Assembly: GCA_965216315.1 (NCBI GenBank)
Contig: CBDCFN010000015.1
Span: 288,001 to 352,000, forward strand
Direction: 5' to 3'
Source: a bacterium
GTDB lineage: Bacteria; UBA10199; 2-02-FULL-50-16; JAJFLM01
DNA: 64,000 bases
Shown: piece by piece, positions 10,601 to 18,313 of the stretch
How the letters are laid out: each line of letters starts with the position of its first letter
Position numbering within the stretch: the first letter of the stretch is position 1
The notes under the pieces: generated by a model
The model's input: only the letters and a program-made list of their open reading frames with translations
What the model was told of the DNA's origin: nothing
The model's database searches: none
Program-made: the position numbers and the translations under genes

Positions 10601-12305
10601 TCGCCTTCATTTCTTGCAGCAGGCCTTCGGCCAAGAACTCAAAGGCCAGTTGATAGCTATGGCGTGTCGGATCGTTGCGGATGAGATCACGCTCCAACAA
10701 AGACTGCAGGGACACATGAAAATCATGGATAGACCGCGGGGCGAGAACACTCAGGAGATCCCGTTGCGAAACCGGCGCCTGGGTCACGGCCAACGCATAA
10801 AGAATGCGCCGCTCTTTTGCAGTAACATGCCCCAAGCGCAGCAACAGCATATCTTGGAGGGACGAGAGCTGACTCAATGCGCGGTGGGCCTCGGGACTCA
10901 TACGTCCGCCGCGAATCGCCTTTTCTTCCTGCAAGATACCGACAACCTCCACCAGCATAAGCGGATTGCCCCCGGTTTTTTCAACGAGCTCCCGAACAAT
11001 GGCCTTTTCGAGATCATCACCCAATGCCGCGGTCAAAAATGACTGGCTCGTTGCCTCATCCAGGTTGTTCAGCTGAATTTCTTGAACATTTTCTTGCTTA
11101 ATAAAATAAGCGAAAAGGTCGCGCGCTTTTTGACTGAGACCGTCATCATTCCACTCGAGCACGATGAGGCGGCCCTGAAGGGGCACGCCCCCCTGGTTGA
11201 GCGAAAGCAAAGTCCCTAATTGGCTTTCAGGTAATTGCTCGAGGTCACGGAAGACATAGACCTGACGGGTTCCGTTGCCAACGCCTAAGTCATGGAGGCC
11301 GTTTCTTAATTCCAGCGCCGGAAATTCTTTGAGCGATACCTTCATCAAGGCGCATTCCACTTGAAACTCTCGCAAAAACCGGCTCTTGCCGACTCCGGTG
11401 ATGCCGTGAAGACAAAAGAGCTGGGAGCTCTCGTCTATTTGCTTCAATGCAGACATGATTTGATCAAAACCACCCTCGGCCCCATACATCTGTGCTGCGT
11501 GATACTCCTGACGAGTCGGTATAGACTCTTCCTTCTTTTCACCCAAGGCCGCCAAGACTTCCGCAGCCTGTGCGAACCGTTGATTCAGCTCCAGCGTGAT
11601 CATCCGATCGATGACGCGACAGGGACGCGGATAGGCCTTGCAGAGTTCCGGGGTTTGCTCAGCTAATAATGCCGGTTGCTTCGTGAGTAGCTCTCGCAAG
11701 TCACGGCAATCGCCACGTGGGTGTTGGCCTGACAAGGCTTCATAAAAAACCGTTCCCAATGAAAAGAGATCGCTCGCCGGCCTATTCAGGCCGCTAAAAC
11801 GTTCCGGAGCCACATAAGGAATCGTTGCCGCCTCCAATGGACGACTTTCAGTCGCGCGGCTTGCCAGTCCAAAATCCAACAGGCGTACATGTCCCGAATC
11901 ATCGATGAGTATGTTTTGTGGAGAAAGGTCCCCATGCAGAATCTCTTGCGCATGTAAGTAATCGAGTGCATCCAGACACTCTTTAAACCAGGTGAAAATA
12001 AGCTCAGGTTCCTGCCCGCGGGCCGCGCTCAAGATGTCACGCCCCTCGACATATTCCATCCAGTAGCAGGCCCCTTTATCTTCGCCAAAAATGGCCGCAC
12101 TCTCCCCCGTCACACCTAGAAAAGAGATGAGGTGGGTGTGCTGCAGCCGGCAAAGAAAGCGGACTTCTGCTTCGATGGACTCAGTATTCAGCGCGCGTTT
12201 GACGACCACCGCTTGCCCTTGCGGCGTATGCGCCAGATAGACCTCTCCCATCCCCCCGGCACCGAGCGGTCGGATCAACTCCCATCCTGATGCAACAGCC
12301 ACCAT
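7635..12305 (-). CDS. Ser/Thr kinase - P-loop NTPase - TPR - GAF - sigma54 AAA+ - Fis-HTH fusion activator
   Basis: Kinase motifs GAGGMGEV, HGDLSPQN, DFG and APE; GITGVGKS; TPRs; GAF-like region; GESGTGKE, GAFTHA, FLDEI and WPGNIRELQN; terminal HTH. Start placed at ATG 12305 (MVAVASGWEL). Confidence 0.9.
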   Translation of the reverse strand: MVAVASGWELIRPLGAGGMGEVYLAHTPQGQAVVVKRALNTESIEAEVRFLCRLQHTHLISFLGVTGESAAIFGEDKGACYWMEYVEGRDILSAARGQEPELIFTWFKECLDALDYLHAQEILHGDLSPQNILIDDSGHVRLLDFGLASRATESRPLEAATIPYVAPERFSGLNRPASDLFSLGTVFYEALSGQHPRGDCRDLRELLTKQPALLAEQTPELCKAYPRPCRVIDRMITLELNQRFAQAAEVLAALGEKKEESIPTRQEYHAAQMYGAEGGFDQIMSALKQIDESSQLFCLHGITGVGKSRFLREFQVECALMKVSLKEFPALELRNGLHDLGVGNGTRQVYVFRDLEQLPESQLGTLLSLNQGGVPLQGRLIVLEWNDDGLSQKARDLFAYFIKQENVQEIQLNNLDEATSQSFLTAALGDDLEKAIVRELVEKTGGNPLMLVEVVGILQEEKAIRGGRMSPEAHRALSQLSSLQDMLLLRLGHVTAKERRILYALAVTQAPVSQRDLLSVLAPRSIHDFHVSLQSLLERDLIRNDPTRHSYQLAFEFLAEGLLQEMKASEQRTWHQAWLKALRANPYPNRQRLHHALCLRDETELAAGMLVTGQAMMESGRHEEGLELLNAAFPYIKDSAEQSRLLRLKINLLNALGRYPEALEYCEQWLQLDATDESQRERQVKYWFTTGLNYRNLGDIPESTQRLERCLESAGPEVEQRPFATRAHTLLAMNALDRGDSETARTHFHRALDLCEAAGRHRAEIYRNLAVADAHERDWATSLKHLQQAEQLYHEAGFTEGEFSTLLQRGLLAQAHGAVDDAEATQARAENLARQLKNGLFLASVWTNQGVLARKRGQLDEALRRLRQAQEILRLLANPNDLAENLRHSAIAEAAVGNFKVADQLVVELAGLEADYAPAAVYASEVRDLIGEWRDGRYLQLADAKPDTDDLEHYWNRELALRWLSRTRESDAVRRLLTTIYQELSLGLQVSFVDRYDYRRWVAADSDANEPSVENTMELKNILEGLSDLNQKLLMEENMESVLEDLMEAAMQLAQAETGFLLVRSDQNSGPLPGYTLAAARNIHKEELETDAFAFSLSAVKRALQTGEEVITDNALEDVRFRDSKSTQLHQLKSIVALPVKSRDGILGVFYLDHRFEQGLFEGAVLEALKTFVGIAAIALQKEAMIASLQAQNADLTEQVTDQNSQVELMARELKESRAVLQNKYSDIIGRSPKMVQVLAMVDRITEAKIPVWIHGESGTGKESIARALHFNSLRKNKPFVTENCSALPENLMESELFGHKKGAFTHATSDKKGMLHYADGGTVFLDEIADMSLNLQAKLLRFLQEGEIRPLGSNQLIKVDVRVVSASNRDLHELVESGEFREDLFYRLNGVTVTLPPLRDRMEDLPLLADHFLKQIAERQKSEVAQLDPMTLALLMNYDWPGNIRELQNTLETAVLFAEDNVIVPNSMQFKQALASGSAAKRSAQVKSKAKAKATAPVDPEAAKILLAIRDNGFHRGHAAEALGISRRHLYTKMEQLGIARDTEAIRAAIVKYGL

Positions 12306-12322
12306 CGTGTTTCCGCGTCCCG

Positions 12323-12360
12323 TTGTGATGGTAGCACAAACTGTGACAAGATAGCACAAA
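12323..12360. promoter_or_regulatory. Candidate upstream activator site for the sigma54 promoter
   Basis: TTGTG-N7-CACAA inverted repeat (12323-12339); TAGCACAAA direct repeat at 12332 and 12352; about 100-135 bp upstream of the predicted start site. Confidence 0.5.
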
Positions 12361-12432
12361 TTGACCCTCACAAGCTGTGCCAGTAACCGCCGGTAATTCG
12401 TTATTTTTTCAATAATTTCAAGGCAGTTCAGC

Positions 12433-12449
12433 TTGGCACACGACTTGCT
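12433..12449 (+). promoter_or_regulatory. Sigma54 -24/-12 promoter
   Basis: TTGGCACACGACTTGCT: GG at 12435-36, 10 nt, GC at 12447-48; divergent from the activator gene. Confidence 0.88.
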
Positions 12450-12459
12450 CTATAGACTC

Positions 12460-12710
12460 GCAACAGATCACACACACACAATGGTAAGCCGGCGGCAACG
12501 CCAAGATTAGTCTGGGGGGCTACCAGACACCCGCGTTACCGCCGGCACTTCCATTGAATTTTTTTGACTCGTGATCTTCTCCTCCGGCCTCGGCCGAGCC
12601 GGGAGACCGCACAGCACCCACGGTCCCCGGCACATTATTTTCCTTGGCTCTCGGTTCTGCCGGTCGACCGACCGCACCCCGGTCGTCCGGTAAACCGGAG
12701 CGAGGACAAC
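12460..12710 (+). ncRNA. Putative structured sigma54-dependent sRNA or 5' leader RNA
   Basis: Long stems at 12479-12556, 12598-12631 and 12641-12706; U7 tract at 12559-12565; no credible CDS. Confidence 0.65.
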
Positions 12711-12727
12711 TAAAAAGGAGCCTCGTC

Positions 12728-13069
12728 ATGGAAATGGAAGAAGTCAGTCAAGTTACTTTGTTATCACATTACACCGAAGGGCGTGTCTCGCTCCAAGATG
12801 TCTGCGATCGACTCGGCATCCATCGCACCACCTTGTGGCGCAAACTCCAGCGGCTCAAGAAAGAAGGGCGGGAAGGCCTCGTTCACAAACTGAAGGGACG
12901 TCCTTCCAACAATGCGCGCCCCAAGGCAATTCAACAAGCGATCCGGGAATTATGGACAGAGAATTATTCTCGCACTGACATGAACATCACGCAATTCTAC
13001 CAACAAGTTGTCCGCGAGCTCGCACCGACATTGAGCTACTCAACCGTCTTGCGCTGGTTAAAAAAGTAA
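12728..13069 (+). CDS. Stand-alone bipartite HTH protein resembling ISNCY/IS481-type transposase N-terminus
   Basis: AAGGAG SD before ATG 12728; VCDRLGIHRTTLWRKLQRLKKEGREGLVHKLKGRPSNN...LSYSTVLRWL; no DDE domain follows. Confidence 0.75.
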   Translation: MEMEEVSQVTLLSHYTEGRVSLQDVCDRLGIHRTTLWRKLQRLKKEGREGLVHKLKGRPSNNARPKAIQQAIRELWTENYSRTDMNITQFYQQVVRELAPTLSYSTVLRWLKK

Positions 13070-13092
13070 ATCGTTGCAATTTTACTAAATCG

Positions 13093-13118
13093 CAACTCTG
13101 TGTGACGCGCACCGATAA
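13093..13118 (+). promoter_or_regulatory. Recurrent promoter motif CAAC-N16-CGATAA
   Basis: Upstream of the orphan at 13156; same spacing at 10 other sites. Confidence 0.75.
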
Positions 13119-13155
13119 CAGGAATGTAAACTTTTTAACAAAAAGGAATTCAATT

Positions 13156-13623
13156 ATGGCTAAACAAGTCTCAAGTAAAAAAGTCTCCCAATGGATGGCC
13201 GATGCCCTGCGCGCGAATCCCAACACGCGACCGGAATGGTTAATCAAACAAGTCGCGATCAGTTGCAAGAGCAGTGAAAGAGAGTGTTTGAGTGCCTATC
13301 AAGAAGTTCGCGACAAGGTTGCAGAATACCGTGCGGCGCCGATAACTAAAAATTACACTGTGCGTTTGCAAATGGAACCGCCGACATCATCATCCCCTGA
13401 GCCTGCCGAAGGACAGCCCCTTGTCGTCAAAGAAGTCACCGTCGTCGGTGATCCCAACAATGCATTCCAGCACATTCAGCCTTTTCTGACACCAACGCCG
13501 GCGGCACCAACAAACAACGAACTCCCAAAGAATCCTTTTAAAATTGAATTAATGCCGCTGGAAACACCGACATCGGCACCAAACGCGTCTCTGCCGCCAC
13601 TTTCGACCGATCTTAATTTCTAA
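13156..13623 (+). CDS. Hypothetical protein with Pro-rich C-terminus
   Basis: AAGGA SD before ATG 13156 (MAKQVSS); no family recognised. Confidence 0.7.
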   Translation: MAKQVSSKKVSQWMADALRANPNTRPEWLIKQVAISCKSSERECLSAYQEVRDKVAEYRAAPITKNYTVRLQMEPPTSSSPEPAEGQPLVVKEVTVVGDPNNAFQHIQPFLTPTPAAPTNNELPKNPFKIELMPLETPTSAPNASLPPLSTDLNF

Positions 13624-13697
13624 TCACACTTAGTTTGGTTGCGTTTTTAATGAACGCAATCAAGTGGTTGTAATTTAACTTCATGGTCGTTTTCGGA

Positions 13698-13723
13698 CAA
13701 CCTCACCTCAATCACACCGATAA
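13698..13723 (+). promoter_or_regulatory. Recurrent promoter motif CAAC-N16-CGATAA
   Basis: Upstream of the 13758 orphan. Confidence 0.75.
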
Positions 13724-13757
13724 GTTTTTGTAAGACGCATCACTAACAGCGAAAGGA

Positions 13758-14381
13758 ATGATCATGGCGGATAAAGTTTCTGCGGGAGTTCAAGTCAACA
13801 AAGAAGGCGTCGTCATCACGACTGACGAGGGAACTGTCGAATCGAGAGTCGATGACAGAGAAAAATCTTGGGCCATGTCGGCGGATGTCATGGGTGGCAT
13901 CGGTCACGGAATTTATGTCGGACCCGGCTTTGATGCCTCGTACTGTGCACGGCTGAGTCGCAAACTCTGTTTGAATATGGGTCTCGGCATGTTCGGAAGT
14001 TTTGGTTCAGGACCGGTCGAACGAACCAAACATGCTGATGGGTCGATTTCGGATAGCGGTTCTGAATTGATGATGGTCCCCAACCTCCATGCCGGCGTCG
14101 TCTACCAATTGTCGCGTGCTATTGGTCTCGGTGGTCAGGCCCGCCTCGGCTATGCCCGCATCAATGGCCATTATGAAAATTTTGAACCGAACCGTTACAG
14201 TTACAAGGAATCCTACGTCGACACGGGGCTCTATCTCGAAGGAGCGGTGCGCTTATTAATCAATCTTTCAAGTTCCACCGGCCTCCACACTGATTTCGGC
14301 GTGAATTCATTCCCAGCCGCCGGTCCCGAAGGACGGCGCGGCGGCTTCATGGGCCGCATCGGGGGCCTATTCCGTTTTTAA
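13758..14381 (+). CDS. Small outer-membrane beta-barrel-like protein with no evident signal peptide
   Basis: Gly/aromatic alternating strands; C-terminus GFMGRIGGLFRF ends in Phe. Confidence 0.6.
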   Translation: MIMADKVSAGVQVNKEGVVITTDEGTVESRVDDREKSWAMSADVMGGIGHGIYVGPGFDASYCARLSRKLCLNMGLGMFGSFGSGPVERTKHADGSISDSGSELMMVPNLHAGVVYQLSRAIGLGGQARLGYARINGHYENFEPNRYSYKESYVDTGLYLEGAVRLLINLSSSTGLHTDFGVNSFPAAGPEGRRGGFMGRIGGLFRF

Positions 14382-14382
14382 G

Positions 14383-15567
14383 TTATCCCTTGCTTTGAGG
14401 AGGTGTGAGCGGAAAGACCGATTCGTCGGGTAAGAAAATATCGTCGAGCTGCAGAAAACGCAGAAACTCTTCGCCGGTGACGTCTATGCCGAGGTCAATG
14501 CAATTGGCCTGCGGCACGCCGAGGCCGGTGGCGGTACTGGCGCATACAGCTTCGAAGGTCGTGGGAGGAATGGGTCCGGTAACTCCCGGTACAATATCAT
14601 CTGGCTCATCGAACTCGACCGTACTGTCGACTGAACCACTCCAAAAGGGATGAGCATCACGAAATCGGCCGATATACTTGATGAACTCTTGTTGAGGCAT
14701 TTCGGATGAAGAAAGGTCTTCGGTGAATTTGATGGTTTTGATCGCTTCGTGCTCCGTTGGACCTCGTTGCGTTAACTCGGTATGAGCCGAAAGTTCCTCA
14801 TTGAGCCGAACAAAGACAGTTGAAATGATATCTGCGGGGTCAACGAAATCATAGCTCCCTGCTATTTCAGTCAGCAAATTCACGAAACCACTGCCTTGTT
14901 CGCGGGCGCGGAATTGGCCGCTACCGCGTTCGCTCTCATCGGTCTCGGTATTGGGATCATCGCGAATCGCGAGACGGTCAAAGCGGCCGGCGACAAAGCG
15001 TTCAAAGTTCCCGTCACCATCGGGATCGCGCCAGATACGGTAACACACCGGTTTCAATTCTTCGACGGCCGCTTGGGTCGGACACTCGGCGAGGTCACAA
15101 CCGACCGGACACGTGCATCCGCTGCACCCTTGATTATCAAAGTCTGCAAAATCGAATTTAAGATGATCCTCGGGTGATTTTGTCTTGCCCTCAAAGCTCT
15201 TCACCTGTGGACTGACGGGAATATCCACCTCATCAAAAATACGGATCAGCACCTCAACAGCTTGCAGATTGATATCTACCACTATCGGACCCAACGCGAT
15301 AAAAAAGCTGAAGTCCTCCCCGACTTGCGCAAGGAGCGTTTGTAGTTCCTCGCCACTACTCGACAGGCTACTGCTATCAATACTGAGACTCTCAGGAAAC
15401 CGTAGGAAAGACGGAAGTTCGGCTGGTGGCGCCGGCGGCGTGGCAGGGATCGTCCCTTCACCACCTCCATCGCCGGGGACAGGAGCACTCGAGGAGGCAC
15501 AAGCCCCGAGCCCAATCAGACTCGTGAGCAGCCCCAAGAACAGGAGAATCCTTAGCCTTTTATGCAT
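14383..15567 (-). CDS. Acidic lipoprotein with Cys cluster, hypothetical
   Basis: Lipobox LGAC, Pro/Gly linker, GCSGCTCPVGCDLAECP. Confidence 0.75.
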   Translation of the reverse strand: MHKRLRILLFLGLLTSLIGLGACASSSAPVPGDGGGEGTIPATPPAPPAELPSFLRFPESLSIDSSSLSSSGEELQTLLAQVGEDFSFFIALGPIVVDINLQAVEVLIRIFDEVDIPVSPQVKSFEGKTKSPEDHLKFDFADFDNQGCSGCTCPVGCDLAECPTQAAVEELKPVCYRIWRDPDGDGNFERFVAGRFDRLAIRDDPNTETDESERGSGQFRAREQGSGFVNLLTEIAGSYDFVDPADIISTVFVRLNEELSAHTELTQRGPTEHEAIKTIKFTEDLSSSEMPQQEFIKYIGRFRDAHPFWSGSVDSTVEFDEPDDIVPGVTGPIPPTTFEAVCASTATGLGVPQANCIDLGIDVTGEEFLRFLQLDDIFLPDESVFPLTPPQSKG

Positions 15568-15653
15568 GGCCCCTAGTACCTTAATGTAATGGTATCAAAT
15601 GCAAGTCCCGGTAGCTATCGCTCGCTTATATCTCTTTGATGCACTGTGATTTG

Positions 15654-16898
15654 CTAATCTGTAAGCACTGGAAAGTCATCTACGGTCGCATCGCCGGCGC
15701 GACTCGCGGCCTGCTGCTCGACTTCTCGCAGGGCTTTTTTAAACGCGTGCGACAAAGGTGAGTCCTCCTGCTGGGCCCCAATACGCAAGGCATGAATCGC
15801 CTCGCTCGCGATCTTTTCCGGCCCGTGGATTGAAATCTGGGCGAGACTATGAGCAACTTTACAGAGCAACAGCGGATGCCGGTTTTGAAACCCCATTTGC
15901 ATCAGGACCTCAACCACTTCAGACGTCACGTTGCCAGGATGATGCTTGGCAACCAACCCCAATATCACAGCTATCCCTGTCGCCACATTCGTTTGTTGAC
16001 GTTGCTTAAGGCCGCGTTCCAGTAGACTCTCGATAGTCCATCGCTTTATGAGTCGTTCGGGCGCCACTTCGGCTATATCTTGAATTGCAGTAATGCTCGC
16101 TTGGGAAATCAGTTCGTCCGCGTGCCCCAAACCAGAAGCATATAACGCTTGAATCGCGCGCTGCGCCTGTTTAACGTCATCGCCGATAGCAAGAGCCAAA
16201 TATGTTGCCACGTCTTCGATAGACGTCGTAATCAAGGTATTTTTAATCGTCTGAAAGGCAATACCGGCAGCCGTTTGCAAACCGTCTGAGAGTTGCACAT
16301 CTTCAGCTAATTGAGCCAGCAGCTCGCTAATATTTTTCGCGTACTCGGTCCTTTGTCGATGCAACCCAACTTGCATCAGCGCCTCAATCGCCATGGAGGC
16401 AATCGGAATCAAGGAAGAAGCCACAGCGATGGCTCCCAATGCTACTATCGCACCGTTCACTTGTGCCGGTGAGGCCCCATTCAAGGCAATATCGTACAAG
16501 GAATCCAAGGCATATTGAATCGTGTGCGGATCGCGGCTTCTAACGACAATATTTGCCAGTGAACCGGTTGCTAGAGTGATCACATGACGATCCGTATGCT
16601 CGCGAGCAATGCGGACAAGAACCTCGGTCGTTTGTAAGCGTACGTCGGCTTCTTCCGCCTCCCGGGCACGCGCCGTCAGCGTCACGACATCCCATTCCGT
16701 CATGACATCAATAGGGGCATCTTCACGCGGTGCGTCCGGCAAAATTATGCCGCGCAAACGCCGATAGTATTCGCTCAAATCACTGGAAGCGAGCACGGGG
16801 ACAGAAGATGACACGCCACCGCTCAGCGGCAGCATCGAAGCCGCGAGCACGCTATTCGCGGTCAATAGACTGGATTGTAAACTCGCACCGTAAATCAT
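15654..16898 (-). CDS. Orphan alpha-solenoid (HEAT-like) protein with charge-free N-terminal leader
   Basis: N-terminus SLQSSLLTANSVLAAS; repeated amphipathic Ala/Leu helices. Confidence 0.7.
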   Translation of the reverse strand: MIYGASLQSSLLTANSVLAASMLPLSGGVSSSVPVLASSDLSEYYRRLRGIILPDAPREDAPIDVMTEWDVVTLTARAREAEEADVRLQTTEVLVRIAREHTDRHVITLATGSLANIVVRSRDPHTIQYALDSLYDIALNGASPAQVNGAIVALGAIAVASSLIPIASMAIEALMQVGLHRQRTEYAKNISELLAQLAEDVQLSDGLQTAAGIAFQTIKNTLITTSIEDVATYLALAIGDDVKQAQRAIQALYASGLGHADELISQASITAIQDIAEVAPERLIKRWTIESLLERGLKQRQQTNVATGIAVILGLVAKHHPGNVTSEVVEVLMQMGFQNRHPLLLCKVAHSLAQISIHGPEKIASEAIHALRIGAQQEDSPLSHAFKKALREVEQQAASRAGDATVDDFPVLTD

Positions 16899-16914
16899 TG
16901 CACACCCACAGCCC

Positions 16915-16940
16915 TTGTCGGTCGGCAGCCGGCAAAGTTT
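16915..16940 (-). promoter_or_regulatory. Recurrent promoter motif variant AAAC-N16-CGACAA
   Basis: Minus strand, upstream of ATG 16898. Confidence 0.65.
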
Positions 16941-16992
16941 CTCCTATTTTCTTTGCCGGTTTTCGTAAGGAATTACAGGGTATTGAGGCCTC

Positions 16993-17706
16993 TTAGTGGC
17001 TCATATACCCCTTGATCTCTTTCGCGGAATGATTGACCCCGATCGAGTAGGCCGCGATGCGACTGAGGTGGGAGTAAGGGAGGCCGCTCTCTTCATGCCA
17101 GGCGTTAAAGACCTCTTGAACCTTAGCGAGATCGCGTTTGGAGCTGGGGGTATCGGCGATATCTACACCGGCATCTTGCAAACACGCCACGACATCACCC
17201 GACAAAATAAAACTATCCTTGCCCATGTTGCGCAAGAAGCGCTGTCCGGTGACGCCGCCTAAACGGCTCCCGCGTTTCTTAAGCAGCCCCCACAACTCGA
17301 CGAGTTCAGTAACGGGCCATTCGGCGACGAACTTACCGAAGCCGCCTTCCGTGCGACTGATTTCGCTGATGAACTTCGCGTTGTCTCGGACTGAGAGGAT
17401 CTTTTGCATGTTGCGGACAATGCGTGTGTCCTTGCCGTAGGCCTCCCACTGTTCCGGAGACAATTTGAGGAGACGCTTCGGATCGAAGCCGTGAAAGGCC
17501 TCTTCAAAACCCGGCCATTTTTGTTTGATGACGCGCCAGACAAAGCCCGCTTGAAAGACGCATTGGGACATCGCCGCCAAGAAGCGATCATCCGGCTTCT
17601 TGGCGACGCTGTTGGGGCGTCCCACTTTGGGGAGAAGCTCTTTGAGGATCTTGGGCCCGCCCTTGCGCTTTTCCGCGCGTTTGAGAACCGAGGCGAATTT
17701 TTTCAC
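16993..17706 (-). CDS. tag: DNA-3-methyladenine glycosylase I family protein
   Basis: VFQAGFVWRVIKQKWPGFEEAFHGFDP...RIVRNMQKILSVRDNA. Confidence 0.85.
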   Translation of the reverse strand: MKKFASVLKRAEKRKGGPKILKELLPKVGRPNSVAKKPDDRFLAAMSQCVFQAGFVWRVIKQKWPGFEEAFHGFDPKRLLKLSPEQWEAYGKDTRIVRNMQKILSVRDNAKFISEISRTEGGFGKFVAEWPVTELVELWGLLKKRGSRLGGVTGQRFLRNMGKDSFILSGDVVACLQDAGVDIADTPSSKRDLAKVQEVFNAWHEESGLPYSHLSRIAAYSIGVNHSAKEIKGYMSH

Positions 17707-17759
17707 TACCTAGACTTAGATATGATCTGTGTTGATTGGTCTCGAAAAAAACTATGACG

Positions 17760-17785
17760 CAACCTTTGGGCCGGTGCGGCGATGA
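17760..17785 (+). promoter_or_regulatory. Recurrent promoter motif CAAC-N16-CGATGA
   Basis: ATG 17792 lies 12 nt after the C of CGA. Confidence 0.7.
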
Positions 17786-17791
17786 GGGGCT

Positions 17792-18313
17792 ATGTCGTCC
17801 CTACTCCTCACGCCCATGCAGGCCCATAATGCGGTCTTTGGTATTGCGACCAGCCTGACGCTCAATCAGCGGCCCCTCGATATCGCCGCCCGCGGTCTCA
17901 CGACCGAGGTCCGCGACTGGCATGCGGCCACAGTTGGCACCGTTCACGAAGAGCTCCCCGTCGCCCACAGTCTTACCCAATATTGTGACGCCACGATCAC
18001 GACGGCCAGTCAATTAGTGCGCGACCACGGGCTCTCCGCCGCCCTGCTGAATGCAAGCGGCCGCTTCATCATTCCGGAGCCGCTTGGTCTGTCTCATCAG
18101 ATCATCTCCGCGAAACTTCAGGGCTTTGACGCTTCAGAAACTGATGATTCCGAGGCCTCCGCCCGGAAGATTTTTGAGCTCGCCCAACTGCTCTACATCA
18201 GCGCCTACAGTGAATTGTTCACAATTGCCCAGCTGGAATCATTTGAATCGTTCTTGGGAATGGAACCTCGGGAACATCTCGCCCTGCTCACGGGCAAGAC
18301 CCAGGCTCGCTAG
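17792..18313 (+). CDS. Hypothetical orphan protein
   Basis: 173-aa ORF filling the tag-alaS gap; charge-poor N-terminus. Confidence 0.65.
   Translation: MSSLLLTPMQAHNAVFGIATSLTLNQRPLDIAARGLTTEVRDWHAATVGTVHEELPVAHSLTQYCDATITTASQLVRDHGLSAALLNASGRFIIPEPLGLSHQIISAKLQGFDASETDDSEASARKIFELAQLLYISAYSELFTIAQLESFESFLGMEPREHLALLTGKTQAR

Noticed and set aside
12460..12710. Structured RNA as tRNA, 6S, SRP or a known riboswitch
   Set aside because: I recognised no cloverleaf or family-specific conserved motif by eye; an Rfam scan is needed.
15615..15641. CATC-N17-CGATAG (minus) upstream of the 15567 lipoprotein
   Set aside because: Both the -35 sequence and the spacing deviate, so it is too weak to count.
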